Shown here: piece by piece, positions 20,199-30,217 of the stretch
Layout of the letters: each line of letters begins with the position of its first letter
How positions within the stretch are numbered: the stretch's first letter is position 1
DNA from: a bacterium
GTDB taxonomy: Bacteria; SAR324; NAC60-12
Assembly: GCA_965233585.1 (NCBI GenBank)
Contig: CBDDTI010000746.1
Span: 128,001 to 192,000 of the forward strand
Reading direction: 5' to 3'
Length of the DNA stretch: 64,000 nt
Notes under the pieces: model-generated
Told to the model about the DNA's origin: nothing
What the model saw: only the letters and a program-made list of their open reading frames with translations
The model's database searches: none
Position numbers and translations under genes: made by a program

Positions 20199-21251
20199 AT
20201 GACACATCCTATAGGAAGTTTACTTAGATACAGATCGCATCTTTTGTCTGTTATGTTTTTTGCTATTATGCTTACGATTGCTGTTTTTTCTTCTGGTTTG
20301 GGCCCTGTTTCCATTGATGCCTTGACTGTTTCAAAGGTAGCAACCCATCATATCATCGGCATACCATCAGAACCATCATGGCCTCTTTACATAGACTCTA
20401 TTGTTTGGTTGGCGCGGTTGCCCAGAATTTTCATGGCAATGGCAGCAGGGGCAATATTAGCAGTTTCTGGGGCGGTTCTGCAAGCCATCATTCGCAACCC
20501 ACTTGCAGAGCCGTATGTGTTGGGAGTGAATGCGGGTGCGTCAACAGGTGCGGCATTGGTCATCACAGGTTTGAGTTTTGCTGCAGGTAGTATTGTTCAT
20601 CTTTCTATTGCGGCATTTCTCGGAGCGTTATTCGCCATGGTGTTAGTCTTATTGATTACGGGCTTTCGGGACGTGACTTCGTTCCGTTTGATCATGTCAG
20701 GGCTAGCTGTTGGCTATGGACTGAGTTCTATTACCAGCTTTCTAATATTTGCATCAGATTCTCCAGAGATGTCCCGTTCAGTAATGTTTTGGCTGATGGG
20801 ATCCATGGCTGCCATTAAATGGCAAACAGCTATTTTAACGACAGTGATCTCCATCATATTTTTGTTAATGATTATGGTGTTTTCGGGTTATTTAGATGCC
20901 ATGGCTGCAGGTGATGAGACGTCTCTAGCAGTTGGCATATCACCCAGCCAAACACGTATTTCCCTAATGGTTATCATATCCATGGGGGTTGGAGTGGTCA
21001 TAGCGGGTGCTGGTAGTATTGGGTTTGTAGGGTTGATCATTCCCCATTTTGCCAGATCCGTATTAGGCTCAAGCCACCGTTTTATGTTGCCATCATGTGC
21101 ATTTATGGGCGGAGCATTTCTGTTAATTGCAGATATGGGAGCAAGACTCCTATTTGCACCTCAAGAAATGGCGATAGGTGTGGTCACCGGTGTTATCGGC
21201 TTTCCGTTCCTAGTGTACATTTTATACTCTAGCAATTCTTGTTCAAAATAA
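20199..21251 (+). CDS. FecCD/BtuC-family ABC permease
   Basis: RLPR, RNPLAEPYVLGVNAGA, GSIGFVGLIIPH. Confidence 0.93.
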   Translation: MTHPIGSLLRYRSHLLSVMFFAIMLTIAVFSSGLGPVSIDALTVSKVATHHIIGIPSEPSWPLYIDSIVWLARLPRIFMAMAAGAILAVSGAVLQAIIRNPLAEPYVLGVNAGASTGAALVITGLSFAAGSIVHLSIAAFLGALFAMVLVLLITGFRDVTSFRLIMSGLAVGYGLSSITSFLIFASDSPEMSRSVMFWLMGSMAAIKWQTAILTTVISIIFLLMIMVFSGYLDAMAAGDETSLAVGISPSQTRISLMVIISMGVGVVIAGAGSIGFVGLIIPHFARSVLGSSHRFMLPSCAFMGGAFLLIADMGARLLFAPQEMAIGVVTGVIGFPFLVYILYSSNSCSK

Positions 21252-21297
21252 GACTTGCTACTATTCATTATATTAATATCTTAATTCAAGGATAATT

Positions 21298-22272
21298 ATG
21301 ACTCATATTCTCAAAAAAACATATTTAGCAGCATCTGGTTTGTCTCTGATGCTTGCCAGTCAGACCACCATCCTAGCAGACGGTCACTTCCCAGTTACAG
21401 TTGAAAACTGCGGTGTACAAGTCACCATTGCCAAACAACCCAAGCGGGTATTCTTGGTAAACAATGACAGTATTTCTCTAGTTGATGAGGTAAATAGCTT
21501 AGACACCATCATTGCTAGAACTGCTACACCCGTTAAAGGCGCATACACAGATCAAGTCATGGAAATGATGGCAGATGTTCCTTTAGTGTCTAAGAAGAAA
21601 AATGACACTGGAGGTTCTATTATCACGTTGGAATCTGTGTTATCTTATCAACCTGATTTAGTGCTATCTCCTGATAGTTCTGTTGACCGTGATGCACTAG
21701 CTCAAAGTGGCATTCCCCTATATTCTCCCCCTGCCTTCTGCAAAGATAAAAGCAAACGTCCATCAGGTGATGCTAGCTACCAACTGGTCTATTCTGAACT
21801 GAAAAACTATGGCAAAATGTTTGGTCAAAGAGACTTGGCTAGTCAAAAAATTGCTAAACTAAAAGCCATTGCATCAAATCCCGGTGGATTAGGTAAATTT
21901 GGGGGTACTGGTGCAGCATTCTATGTTGGTGGTAATGGCACTCTATACCCCTACGGTGCTGGAAGTATGGTCACCCCCATTTTTAATGCCGTTGGTATTA
22001 AAAATGTTTACGAAGGTGAGAAACAACGTGTGTTTGAGGTTAGCATGGAGGACATTCTAGGTAAAAACCCTGATACTGTCGTCCTGTTGTTAGCATCAGG
22101 TACTGCAGAAGACCTAGTGAACAAGTTCTATTCTATCAGCGGTACTGAATCCCTAAACGCAGTGAAAAATGAGAAGGTTGTCGTTTTACCATTTGCGTTC
22201 ACTGATCCGCCCACACCTCATTCTGTATATGGTGCAAAAGAATTAGCAAAACGCCTATCAGAATTGAGGTGA
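21298..22272 (+). CDS. Iron-chelate/cobalamin-type ABC substrate-binding protein
   Basis: Signal peptide, FPVTVENCG, PKRV, ESVLSYQPDLV, LNAVKNEKV. Confidence 0.88.
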   Translation: MTHILKKTYLAASGLSLMLASQTTILADGHFPVTVENCGVQVTIAKQPKRVFLVNNDSISLVDEVNSLDTIIARTATPVKGAYTDQVMEMMADVPLVSKKKNDTGGSIITLESVLSYQPDLVLSPDSSVDRDALAQSGIPLYSPPAFCKDKSKRPSGDASYQLVYSELKNYGKMFGQRDLASQKIAKLKAIASNPGGLGKFGGTGAAFYVGGNGTLYPYGAGSMVTPIFNAVGIKNVYEGEKQRVFEVSMEDILGKNPDTVVLLLASGTAEDLVNKFYSISGTESLNAVKNEKVVVLPFAFTDPPTPHSVYGAKELAKRLSELR

Positions 22273-23025
22273 ATGATCAAAGCTAACAATTTATGTTTTT
22301 CCCGACAGGGAAAGTCCATATTAAATTCTGTTAGTCTGACTTTGGAACAGAGCGAAACCCTTGGTGTCATCGGTCCCAACGGTTGCGGAAAAACCACTTT
22401 ACTTCGCCTTTTATTTGGGGCGGAGCAAGTGGATCGTGGCTCCATTACTCTAAATGGTCACCCTCTAAAAGGAATGAATCGCAAACACATTGCCCGAAAC
22501 ATCGCTTACATGCCGCAGGAACGTCCTGTTGATTTTGGACAAACGGTGATGGATTTAGTTATGCTAGGGAGGTTGTGCCACCATGGTTTGTTATCTGTTC
22601 GGAATGAGGATGATACGAACCATGCCAAACAAGCTTTAGAAAAGGTTGGTCTCACTCATTTACAAGACCGTAAAATATCCAATTTGTCAGGGGGTGAAAT
22701 TCAACGCGTTCTGATTGCTCGAACTTTGTGTCAAGGAGCCGATGTTATCTTCTTAGATGAACCTACCAATCATTTAGACATCAGCTATCAAATAGAAATT
22801 CTTGATTTGATTACCCGCTTAAACTGTTCATCAATACTGGTATTACACGATATAAATTTGGCATCACGTTACTGCGATCGTATCATGCTGTTAAATAATG
22901 GTTGCATTCATGCTATTGGAACGCCGCAACAGGTTTTAACAGAACAAAATCTATCCCACGTCTATCAAATCCAAATGACCTGTATGCAGGATACAAGAGA
23001 CCGATTGCATGTCGTGGTGAATTAA
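22273..23025 (+). CDS. FecE-type ABC ATPase
   Basis: GPNGCGKTT, LSGGE, LDEPTNHLD, LHDINLA. Confidence 0.95.
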   Translation: MIKANNLCFSRQGKSILNSVSLTLEQSETLGVIGPNGCGKTTLLRLLFGAEQVDRGSITLNGHPLKGMNRKHIARNIAYMPQERPVDFGQTVMDLVMLGRLCHHGLLSVRNEDDTNHAKQALEKVGLTHLQDRKISNLSGGEIQRVLIARTLCQGADVIFLDEPTNHLDISYQIEILDLITRLNCSSILVLHDINLASRYCDRIMLLNNGCIHAIGTPQQVLTEQNLSHVYQIQMTCMQDTRDRLHVVVN

Positions 23026-23075
23026 ATCTCTTATGACACTCCAAATTTATTTGTACAAATTTTAAAGAACAACCC

Positions 23076-23849
23076 ATGAATACATCGGACATTACACCTC
23101 AATCCCTATTGGAAAGGTGGCACAAACAGCAAACAGGATTTATTAAATACCGTACCCTAAAAATAGAAATGATGGCAACGGTGGTGAGTCATGTGGGTGG
23201 TGAAGCTCCTAAAGTCTTAGATCTGGCCTGTGGACCCGGTGCATTGACTGACTTCATACTTAAACAAAACCCCAACGCTGAGATTATTGCCGTTGACAAA
23301 GACCCTCTCTTGTTAGCGATTGCCAGCGATGTTTACAGAAATGACAACAGGGTTACTGTGCTTGAGGTAGATTTAGACCACCGCAACTGGGTAGATACGG
23401 TCACATCCTTTTGTAATCGCCCCTTTGATGCGGTTGTTAGTGCTACTGCACTGCACTGGCTAGAACCACATATTTTAACCAATGTTTATATTGACCTGTA
23501 TCATCTAGTGCGTGATGGAGGTATTGTGATGAATTCGGACAGCCTATACCACCATCAAAGCTATAAACCCATGATGCGAGCCTTATCAGATAAACTGGAG
23601 AGAGAACACGAAGAAAATAGTTTTGGCATCATCGCTGACAGTTGGGATCATTGGTTTGCACTGGCGGAATCATACCCTGATTATGCTGATGCGGTAGAAC
23701 ACCGTAAACAGGTATGGCCCCAAGAAAAAAGACAGTTCCCCAATGCAACACTAGGCTTTCATCTGGAAGCCTTACGCAGTGCTGGCTTTCGTGAAGTGGA
23801 TACGATATGGCAATACTTCAATGATACCACCGTGTATGCCTTCCGTTAA
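23076..23849 (+). CDS. Class I SAM-dependent methyltransferase
   Basis: VLDLACGPG, VDKDPLLL, FDAVVSATALHWL. Confidence 0.9.
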   Translation: MNTSDITPQSLLERWHKQQTGFIKYRTLKIEMMATVVSHVGGEAPKVLDLACGPGALTDFILKQNPNAEIIAVDKDPLLLAIASDVYRNDNRVTVLEVDLDHRNWVDTVTSFCNRPFDAVVSATALHWLEPHILTNVYIDLYHLVRDGGIVMNSDSLYHHQSYKPMMRALSDKLEREHEENSFGIIADSWDHWFALAESYPDYADAVEHRKQVWPQEKRQFPNATLGFHLEALRSAGFREVDTIWQYFNDTTVYAFR

Positions 23850-23911
23850 TACAAGAACCTCATTAAATACTTGAACTTTAGTGCATATCAAGACAAAAAC
23901 CCATTTATCCG

Positions 23912-24478
23912 ATGGCTTACCAACTGAAACAAACCCCAGTACTGACCTTCATTTCGTCTAATGAAGGCAAAAGACAAGAGCTTCAACAGTCCCTTCCCTA
24001 TCCTGTCAGACTCCAGCAGATTGACCTTGAAGAAATTCAAACTGCTGATTTGGAAACTTTAGTTTTGCATAAACTGAAACAGGCAAAGCAGGTTGTGACA
24101 GATGGTATTTTGGTTGAAGACACCTCCTTAATTTTTACAGCATGGGGGAAGCTACCGGGTCCATTCATCAAATTTTTTTTGCAAGAAATTCATTTGGCAG
24201 AATTTCATAAAATGTTACAAGTGCAGGATCATTTTGAGGCAAAAGCGATTTCTATCATAGGTTTGTTTCATCAAGGGAAGACACTGATTTTTAGAGGAGA
24301 AATAGACGGGCAAATCGTTCTACCTCGTGGGGAAAATGGTTTTGGGTGGGATTCTATTTTTCAGCCGCAAGGAACTTTCAAGACATTCGCAGAAATGGAA
24401 GATGAGGAAAAGCAGGACTATTCCATGCGTCAAATTGCCCTTGACAAATTAACTTGCTATCTTAACCACCTGTCTTAA
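23912..24478 (+). CDS. rdgB: Non-canonical purine NTP pyrophosphatase (Ham1/ITPase)
   Basis: SSNEGK, VEDTSL, LPGPFIK, GFGWDSIF, SMR. Confidence 0.85.
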   Translation: MAYQLKQTPVLTFISSNEGKRQELQQSLPYPVRLQQIDLEEIQTADLETLVLHKLKQAKQVVTDGILVEDTSLIFTAWGKLPGPFIKFFLQEIHLAEFHKMLQVQDHFEAKAISIIGLFHQGKTLIFRGEIDGQIVLPRGENGFGWDSIFQPQGTFKTFAEMEDEEKQDYSMRQIALDKLTCYLNHLS

Positions 24479-25408
24479 CTCCTTAGGCAATGCAAACACG
24501 ACATTTTCATCAATCATTTTAATTTCTTGAGTAGTAGCATTGCTTGAAAGACTTTCCAATTTTTTCAGAATCTCTTTGACAAGTTCTTCTGGTGCTGATG
24601 CCCCCGCAGTGACTCCAATCATTTTTGAGTCTTTGATGTCTTCGGGGTCAATTTCAGAAGCTGATTCAATACGTTTCGCACGAACTCCTGTTTGTTCTGC
24701 CACTTCAACAAGTCTCAAAGTATTTGAGCTGTTAGATGCCCCAACAACAAAAACAAAGTCTGTCTGTTTTGCCAGCATTTTGACAGCATTTTGACGATTT
24801 TGAGTGGCGTAACAGACATCAGATTTTGCAGGTCCCTGAATGTTGGGAAAGCGTGTTTTGAGAGCATGGACGATTTCTGCAGTATCATCAATGGAAAGCG
24901 TGGTTTGCGTTATATACGCAAGTTTAGTATCAGAAGAAAACTGCAATGCTTCTACATCTTTTTTGTTTTCTACAATGACAATGTTCTCAGGCGATTGACC
25001 AACTGTGCCTTGCACTTCAACATGATTGCGATGCCCTATCAGAACGATACGATACCCTTCTCGTGCGTATCGCTTGGCTTCAAGATGAACTTTAGTGACA
25101 AGCGGGCATGTGGCATCAATACTCTTCAAGCCAAGTCTTGTCGCTTCTTCTCTGACTTGAGGTGAAATGCCATGAGCTGAAAAGATGACATAAGCACCTT
25201 TGGGGATTTCTTCTAAATGCTCAACAAAAATAGCGCCTTGATGTTCTAGTTTTTGGACAACATGAGGATTATGAACAATTTGATGCCTCACATAAATCGG
25301 AGGTCCGTAGAACTCCAATGCTTTTTCTACGATTGTCACTGCACGATGCACTCCTGCACAAAACCCTCTGGGGCTTGCTAACATCAGGTTGAAATTGAAA
25401 TCTTCCAT
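24449..25408 (-). CDS. ispH: 4-hydroxy-3-methylbut-2-enyl diphosphate reductase
   Basis: PRGFCAGV, IVHN, DATCPLV, CYATQNRQ, SSN, TAGASAP. Confidence 0.97.
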   Translation of the reverse strand: MEDFNFNLMLASPRGFCAGVHRAVTIVEKALEFYGPPIYVRHQIVHNPHVVQKLEHQGAIFVEHLEEIPKGAYVIFSAHGISPQVREEATRLGLKSIDATCPLVTKVHLEAKRYAREGYRIVLIGHRNHVEVQGTVGQSPENIVIVENKKDVEALQFSSDTKLAYITQTTLSIDDTAEIVHALKTRFPNIQGPAKSDVCYATQNRQNAVKMLAKQTDFVFVVGASNSSNTLRLVEVAEQTGVRAKRIESASEIDPEDIKDSKMIGVTAGASAPEELVKEILKKLESLSSNATTQEIKMIDENVVFALPKELRQVVKIAS

Positions 25409-25412
25409 ATAT

Positions 25413-26354
25413 CTAATCCAACTCTTGTAAAAACTTTCTTTCTGAACTCAATAGCAATGTTACTTGGTCATTGAGGGTGGTACGATAAGCATCATGGGTT
25501 CTTAAAAACCTAAAAAAATCGGGGTCTTTGCCATAAGCCTTAGCGTAAATTTCAAGGGCAATCGCATCTGCGGCACCTCTGACTTCTTCTGCAATCCTTG
25601 TGGATTCAGACAAGATGTCTATTCTCTCTCTTTCCGCTTGGGAACGAATTTTTAGTGCTTCTTCATCTCCTTCAGAACGGTATCGTTTTGCATCTCGCCT
25701 GCGTTCTGCGATCATACGACCGTAAACGGCTTGACTGTTAGAAGAGGGTAAATCTGCACGCTTGACACGAACATCGGTAATATCAATGCCCAAATTTTTC
25801 ACATTCTCCCGAGAAGAACTCGTAATTTCTTCAATGATAGCTTGCCTCAAGATAGAATCATCAGAACGATTTTTCAACTCACTAAATGATGACTCGCCTG
25901 AAACAATCTCGCTCAAAGTATGTTTCCCAAGCACTCGCCTCACTTGTGAATAAATCACATCGTCTAATCGGGATTGCGCTGCTGAAATACTTCCACCTCT
26001 CATGGCTCTATAAAACACGAGAGGATCCACAATTTTCCACTTGGCATAATTGTCAACAGACATCTCTTTTTTGTCTTTGGTAATGACAGAACCAGGCTCT
26101 GCATCGTAAGTCAGCAACCTGTTATCCACAAGAAAAATTTTAGTAATCAGTGGAATTTTAAAATAAAGTCCGGGTTCTTTGTAAATCTGAACAGGGTCTC
26201 CCAGACGAATTTTGACAGCAAACTGCGTTTGGTCAACAATAAATGCTGACAAGTAAATTCCAACCACAACTAAAAACCCAAGGGCTAGAAAAACACGAGG
26301 ATCAAGACGTTTCAACCCACCTACAGTGCCATTAGATGACTGACTTTTTTCCAT
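25413..26354 (-). CDS. hflC: Protease modulator HflC
   Basis: SPFH domain, VRVKRADLP, VYGRMIAER, AYGKDPDFFRFLR; likely start MEKSQ. Confidence 0.92.
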   Translation of the reverse strand: MEKSQSSNGTVGGLKRLDPRVFLALGFLVVVGIYLSAFIVDQTQFAVKIRLGDPVQIYKEPGLYFKIPLITKIFLVDNRLLTYDAEPGSVITKDKKEMSVDNYAKWKIVDPLVFYRAMRGGSISAAQSRLDDVIYSQVRRVLGKHTLSEIVSGESSFSELKNRSDDSILRQAIIEEITSSSRENVKNLGIDITDVRVKRADLPSSNSQAVYGRMIAERRRDAKRYRSEGDEEALKIRSQAERERIDILSESTRIAEEVRGAADAIALEIYAKAYGKDPDFFRFLRTHDAYRTTLNDQVTLLLSSERKFLQELD

Positions 26355-26486
26355 AAACCTCCAAATAAAAATTTTCAAAAAATTAAAAAAGACCATTCTA
26401 TCAGGTTTTTAAAAAGAAATATACTTGTCTTTGTTTTGGATAACTTTCATAATTCCTTTGCCATAACCTTTTTATAAAAATCACAA

Positions 26487-28007
26487 ATGCGTTCATTTAT
26501 TACCCGCGTGAGCGTCTGCCTCATCGCATTTTTTGTCGTTGGGTTCATTGTTGGAAGCATCATGAGTCATCATTTCTCACAAGGAGGAGCGACTTCTTGG
26601 AGTTGGCAAACGGTTTCAGTGGGCTTGTTGATTATGTCACTCGTGAGCTGGGTGGTCGTTTACTTCTTTTGTGAATGGCTACTTGCTCCTTTGTTTTATT
26701 GGTTTCGCCGTGTTTCCACATTACCGATTGACAAAGTTGTTGGCTCTCCTTCCGATGTGAAAAAAACAACAGAATGGTATTTTTTAAGAGACCATTTCAC
26801 TTACATGAAACGAACCATTGACTCACAACATCGCGAACTGCAACAAAAAACTCTTGAAAGCCAAGAGGCACATCAGCTGAAAATAGACTTCATCAAAAAT
26901 ATGTCTCACCACCTAAGAACTCCCCTCAACAGCATGATTGGTGCTTCTCGTCTTTTGTATGAAGGAGAATCTACCCAAGAACTTCAAAAAATCGCTTTTT
27001 GCAATGCTCAAGACATTTCGGGGTTAGTTGAAAGTTTAATGACTTTAGCAGAGATAGATTCTGCCATGTTAAGATACTCTCCCCAGTGGACAAATTTCAA
27101 AGAACTCATTGACCAAGCACTCACAGAAGTCGTGCAAACAACTGGTCTCTCACATCAAGAATTACCTCTTCACTTATCTCCAAATCTTCCTCAAAGAACC
27201 TTTTATGACCCCGATTTATTGGTGCGTATGGTGAAGGTTTTAACTAGGACGTGCTTGCGTTCTTTTCCCAAAGGAGTCCAAATGATTCAGGCATGGTCTG
27301 ATGAAAATTCTTTTGCTTTTACTTTGAAAACAGAAGAGTTTGAACAAGACAACTTAGACCGACTGTTAGACCGATTCCCCAAAATCAGCTCTCAATATGT
27401 ACAACAATATCCGCTGTTGTCTGTCAACTTGTCTTTAGTGAAAGAGTTGGCAGAATTTTGCGGGGGGAATTTGCTGGCTTCCTCTATTGATCACAAAGGA
27501 TTGTGTTTAGAGTTGAGACTCCCTTTGAATCATACGACTGCAGATTCACAACAAGAAAAACAGTGGGATTTGTTTGAAGAATCTGAAGAAGACCTGAAGC
27601 AAGTAGAAATAGAACCCAAACAACTTGAGCCACACCACAAAATTCTGATTGCAGAAGACAACCGAGAAAACCAATTTGTCTTTGCACAATATCTAACACA
27701 CAGACCAGACCAAAGCTACGAGGTCATTTTTGCATCAGACGGAGTGCAGGCATTGCAAAAAGTGAGGTCAGAAAAGCCAGACCTTGTGATGCTAGACATG
27801 ATGATGCCAAACATGGGAGGCATTGAAACTGCTAAAAAAATCAGAGCAGATGCCAAATTCAAAGACATTCCTTTGATTGCTGTAACATCTATGGCATCAG
27901 GGGAAGATAGAGAGCAAATAGAGGGTTACGTTGATGCTTATTTAAGCAAACCTGTCATGGTAGAGGATTTATACAAAACTTTGGACTGTTATCTAAAAGC
28001 GAATTAA
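26487..28007 (+). CDS. Hybrid sensor histidine kinase/receiver with degenerate ATPase domain
   Basis: Two TM helices, H-box MSHHLRTPLN, receiver ILIAEDN..LDMMMP..AVTS..SKP; N and G boxes not recognisable. Confidence 0.85.
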   Translation: MRSFITRVSVCLIAFFVVGFIVGSIMSHHFSQGGATSWSWQTVSVGLLIMSLVSWVVVYFFCEWLLAPLFYWFRRVSTLPIDKVVGSPSDVKKTTEWYFLRDHFTYMKRTIDSQHRELQQKTLESQEAHQLKIDFIKNMSHHLRTPLNSMIGASRLLYEGESTQELQKIAFCNAQDISGLVESLMTLAEIDSAMLRYSPQWTNFKELIDQALTEVVQTTGLSHQELPLHLSPNLPQRTFYDPDLLVRMVKVLTRTCLRSFPKGVQMIQAWSDENSFAFTLKTEEFEQDNLDRLLDRFPKISSQYVQQYPLLSVNLSLVKELAEFCGGNLLASSIDHKGLCLELRLPLNHTTADSQQEKQWDLFEESEEDLKQVEIEPKQLEPHHKILIAEDNRENQFVFAQYLTHRPDQSYEVIFASDGVQALQKVRSEKPDLVMLDMMMPNMGGIETAKKIRADAKFKDIPLIAVTSMASGEDREQIEGYVDAYLSKPVMVEDLYKTLDCYLKAN

Positions 28008-28124
28008 CTTTGATGAGCGATAGGTTTTACATGAGTCACTACGATTGTTCACCAACTAGATTTAGCAAAGTTTTGAAAAAAAGCTCACCATACACAACGT
28101 GGAATTGCATTCGCTATTGATTTT

Positions 28125-29066
28125 ATGTCAGTTTCAAAAGACATTGCAAATTTGGAGAAGTACCAAGAGGTCATCTATCAAAAAATGATAGATGTCATTG
28201 CAAATCAAAAAAAGATCAAACATCTAATTGATAAGCATAAATTAGAAATAGAACAATGGAATAAAAAAATCATCTTGGCACAGCAATTAGGAGATGAATC
28301 ACTTGTAAATAGCGCATTTATCCAAAAGAATAAACTGCAAAATCATATTTTAGAATTAAATCAACAATTAGAACTTGACCAACAAGAACAAAAAAAATTA
28401 CGTGGTAAATATGACCAATTAAAATCTCAAATCAATTTATTGAAAATCAAAAAACGTCATCATGCCTCTCAACAAAAAATAGAACAAGAACAATCTCCAA
28501 AGCAAACAAATTTTTCAAAAAGTGGGCATCAGAATAATAGAAAGTCAGACAAGATTTTTAATGCAAAAAAGTGGAGACAAAAAGCCAGTCAAGTTAAATT
28601 TAGATATTTAGCTAGTATCGTATTGATTATTTTGACTTTATATGCAATTTTTTCTAATAAAAATGAAGGAGGAAGAATAGTAGGAATTGTAAATAGAGTG
28701 ATAGACGGAGACACCATCATTGTAAAAAATATGAGAGTTCGCCTATTAAATGTTGATACAGAAGAAAGTGTCCACCCTACTAGAAGAAATACAGAGTTTG
28801 GAAGGATCACATCAGCTCATGTCCGTCAAGAGCTAACAGGAAAAGAAGTACAGCTAGAATGTCATGGACAAGATGTTTACGGCAGGAGTTTATGTTATGT
28901 TTTTATAAAAAGCTGGTTGGGTCAAAAACTTTACAATGTTGAGTTAGTTCAAGACGGTTGGAGCAAATACTATACAAAATATGGTATATCCCAAAACTAT
29001 CACAGTGAATTTACTAGGGCAGAAAAACAGGCTAAAAACAACGAGATTGGCGTGTGGGAAAAATAA
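28125..29066 (+). CDS. PspA/IM30-like helical hairpin - TM - thermonuclease (SNase) fusion
   Basis: N-terminal WNKKIILAQQLGDESLVNSAFIQKNKL (PspA-like); TM YLASIVLIILTLYAIFS; SNase motifs VIDGDT, RVRLLNVDTEE, DVYGRSLCYV, NVELVQDG, GVWE. Confidence 0.8.
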   Translation: MSVSKDIANLEKYQEVIYQKMIDVIANQKKIKHLIDKHKLEIEQWNKKIILAQQLGDESLVNSAFIQKNKLQNHILELNQQLELDQQEQKKLRGKYDQLKSQINLLKIKKRHHASQQKIEQEQSPKQTNFSKSGHQNNRKSDKIFNAKKWRQKASQVKFRYLASIVLIILTLYAIFSNKNEGGRIVGIVNRVIDGDTIIVKNMRVRLLNVDTEESVHPTRRNTEFGRITSAHVRQELTGKEVQLECHGQDVYGRSLCYVFIKSWLGQKLYNVELVQDGWSKYYTKYGISQNYHSEFTRAEKQAKNNEIGVWEK

Positions 29067-29234
29067 AAAATACTTATTTCTTGAAACAATAGATTGTTGT
29101 AACCTACTCTACCGATAAACATAAAAAGATTTGGTGATAGCTAAAATTATATTTTTATAAACTTTCCATAGCTAACCTATCACTCAAATCATCATTTGAG
29201 CTTTTTTAATCAACCTTTTTCTATAATAAACTTT

Positions 29235-29705
29235 ATGTTACAAACAGGAGACCAAGCACCACTTGACATAGTAGTCAGCAATCAAGAAGGCAAAACTGCA
29301 TCACTTCAAGACTGGCTTGGAAAATACACAGTCATTTATTTCTATCCTAAAGATGACACGCCCGGTTGCACCAAAGAGGCATGCGGAATCCGTGATGATT
29401 GGGGTCAGTTTGAAGCGATGGGAGTTTCCGTTTTTGGGGTCAGCCCAGACGGAGCAGAATCGCATCAGAAGTTTATCAACAAATTTCAGCTTCCTTTTCC
29501 GCTGTTATGTGACCCTGAACATCAACTTGCAGAAGCCTTTGGAGCGTGGGGAGAAAAAAAGAATTTTGGCAAAACGTATCATGGCACTTTGCGTTACACC
29601 TTCATTCTTGATGCACAAGGTGTGGTTGTCAAAGTCTATCCCAAAGTCAAACCTGAAGAACACGCCCAAGAGTTGCTGCAAGATTTGAAAACTCTTATTT
29701 CCTAA
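29235..29705 (+). CDS. bcp: Thioredoxin-dependent peroxiredoxin Bcp
   Basis: YFYPKDDTPGCTKEAC. Confidence 0.95.
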   Translation: MLQTGDQAPLDIVVSNQEGKTASLQDWLGKYTVIYFYPKDDTPGCTKEACGIRDDWGQFEAMGVSVFGVSPDGAESHQKFINKFQLPFPLLCDPEHQLAEAFGAWGEKKNFGKTYHGTLRYTFILDAQGVVVKVYPKVKPEEHAQELLQDLKTLIS

Positions 29706-29777
29706 ATTCTTAAAATTCCAAGACATTTTTTAGAATTTTGGCAGAAATTGCATCTGCAAGATGTGATTCCCATCACG

Positions 29778-29954
29778 TCAGTCTGATTGAGGCAATGAAG
29801 TTCCTGCTTGGTTGCTAGCTTGAAAACAGGCTTCTACAAGAGCCATTGTTTGAATGGCATCTTCTGTGGAGGTGAAAAGTATCGTATCTTCTCCTTGACT
29901 ACATCGTTGGAGATTACTCATTATGCCAATAAAAGCGTCAATGAACCATGCACC
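29778..29954 (-). pseudogene. C-terminal remnant of Gfo/Idh/MocA oxidoreductase
   Basis: Manual translation GAWFIDAFIGIMSNLQRCSQGEDTILFTSTEDAIQTMALVEACFQAS...*; no start or N-terminal domain. Confidence 0.6.
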
Positions 29955-30137
29955 TTATGGATAGATTGAGGTTGCATTTCAATACTGTATCCTGCTTCTT
30001 TGGATGGAATGTAAACTCCTCCTTTGACCTGACAAGGATTGATAAAATGTTCGTGCAGACGGTCTGCAAATTCCAAAACACTGTTCTAGCGATGCAGAGA
30101 TTTGCACATAGTCAACCATTGATAGATGTTGCACACC
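29955..30137 (-). pseudogene. C-terminal remnant of L-fuconate dehydratase (ENOSF1/FucD-like enolase), frameshifted
   Basis: VQHLSMVDYVQISASLE / NSVLEFADRLHEHFINPCQVKGGVYIPSKEAGYSIEMQPQSI in two frames resembles the ENOSF1 C-terminus as recalled (VQHL..FDY..VSASLENRVCEYVDHLHEHF..P...GYSTEM). Confidence 0.7.
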
Positions 30138-30217
30138 CAGAGGAAAATAAGAAATTAGGAGAAGCGGGGTTGTAGGTCAAGCCTGCAATAACTGGAAGGT
30201 AAAGAGTACTAAATTGG

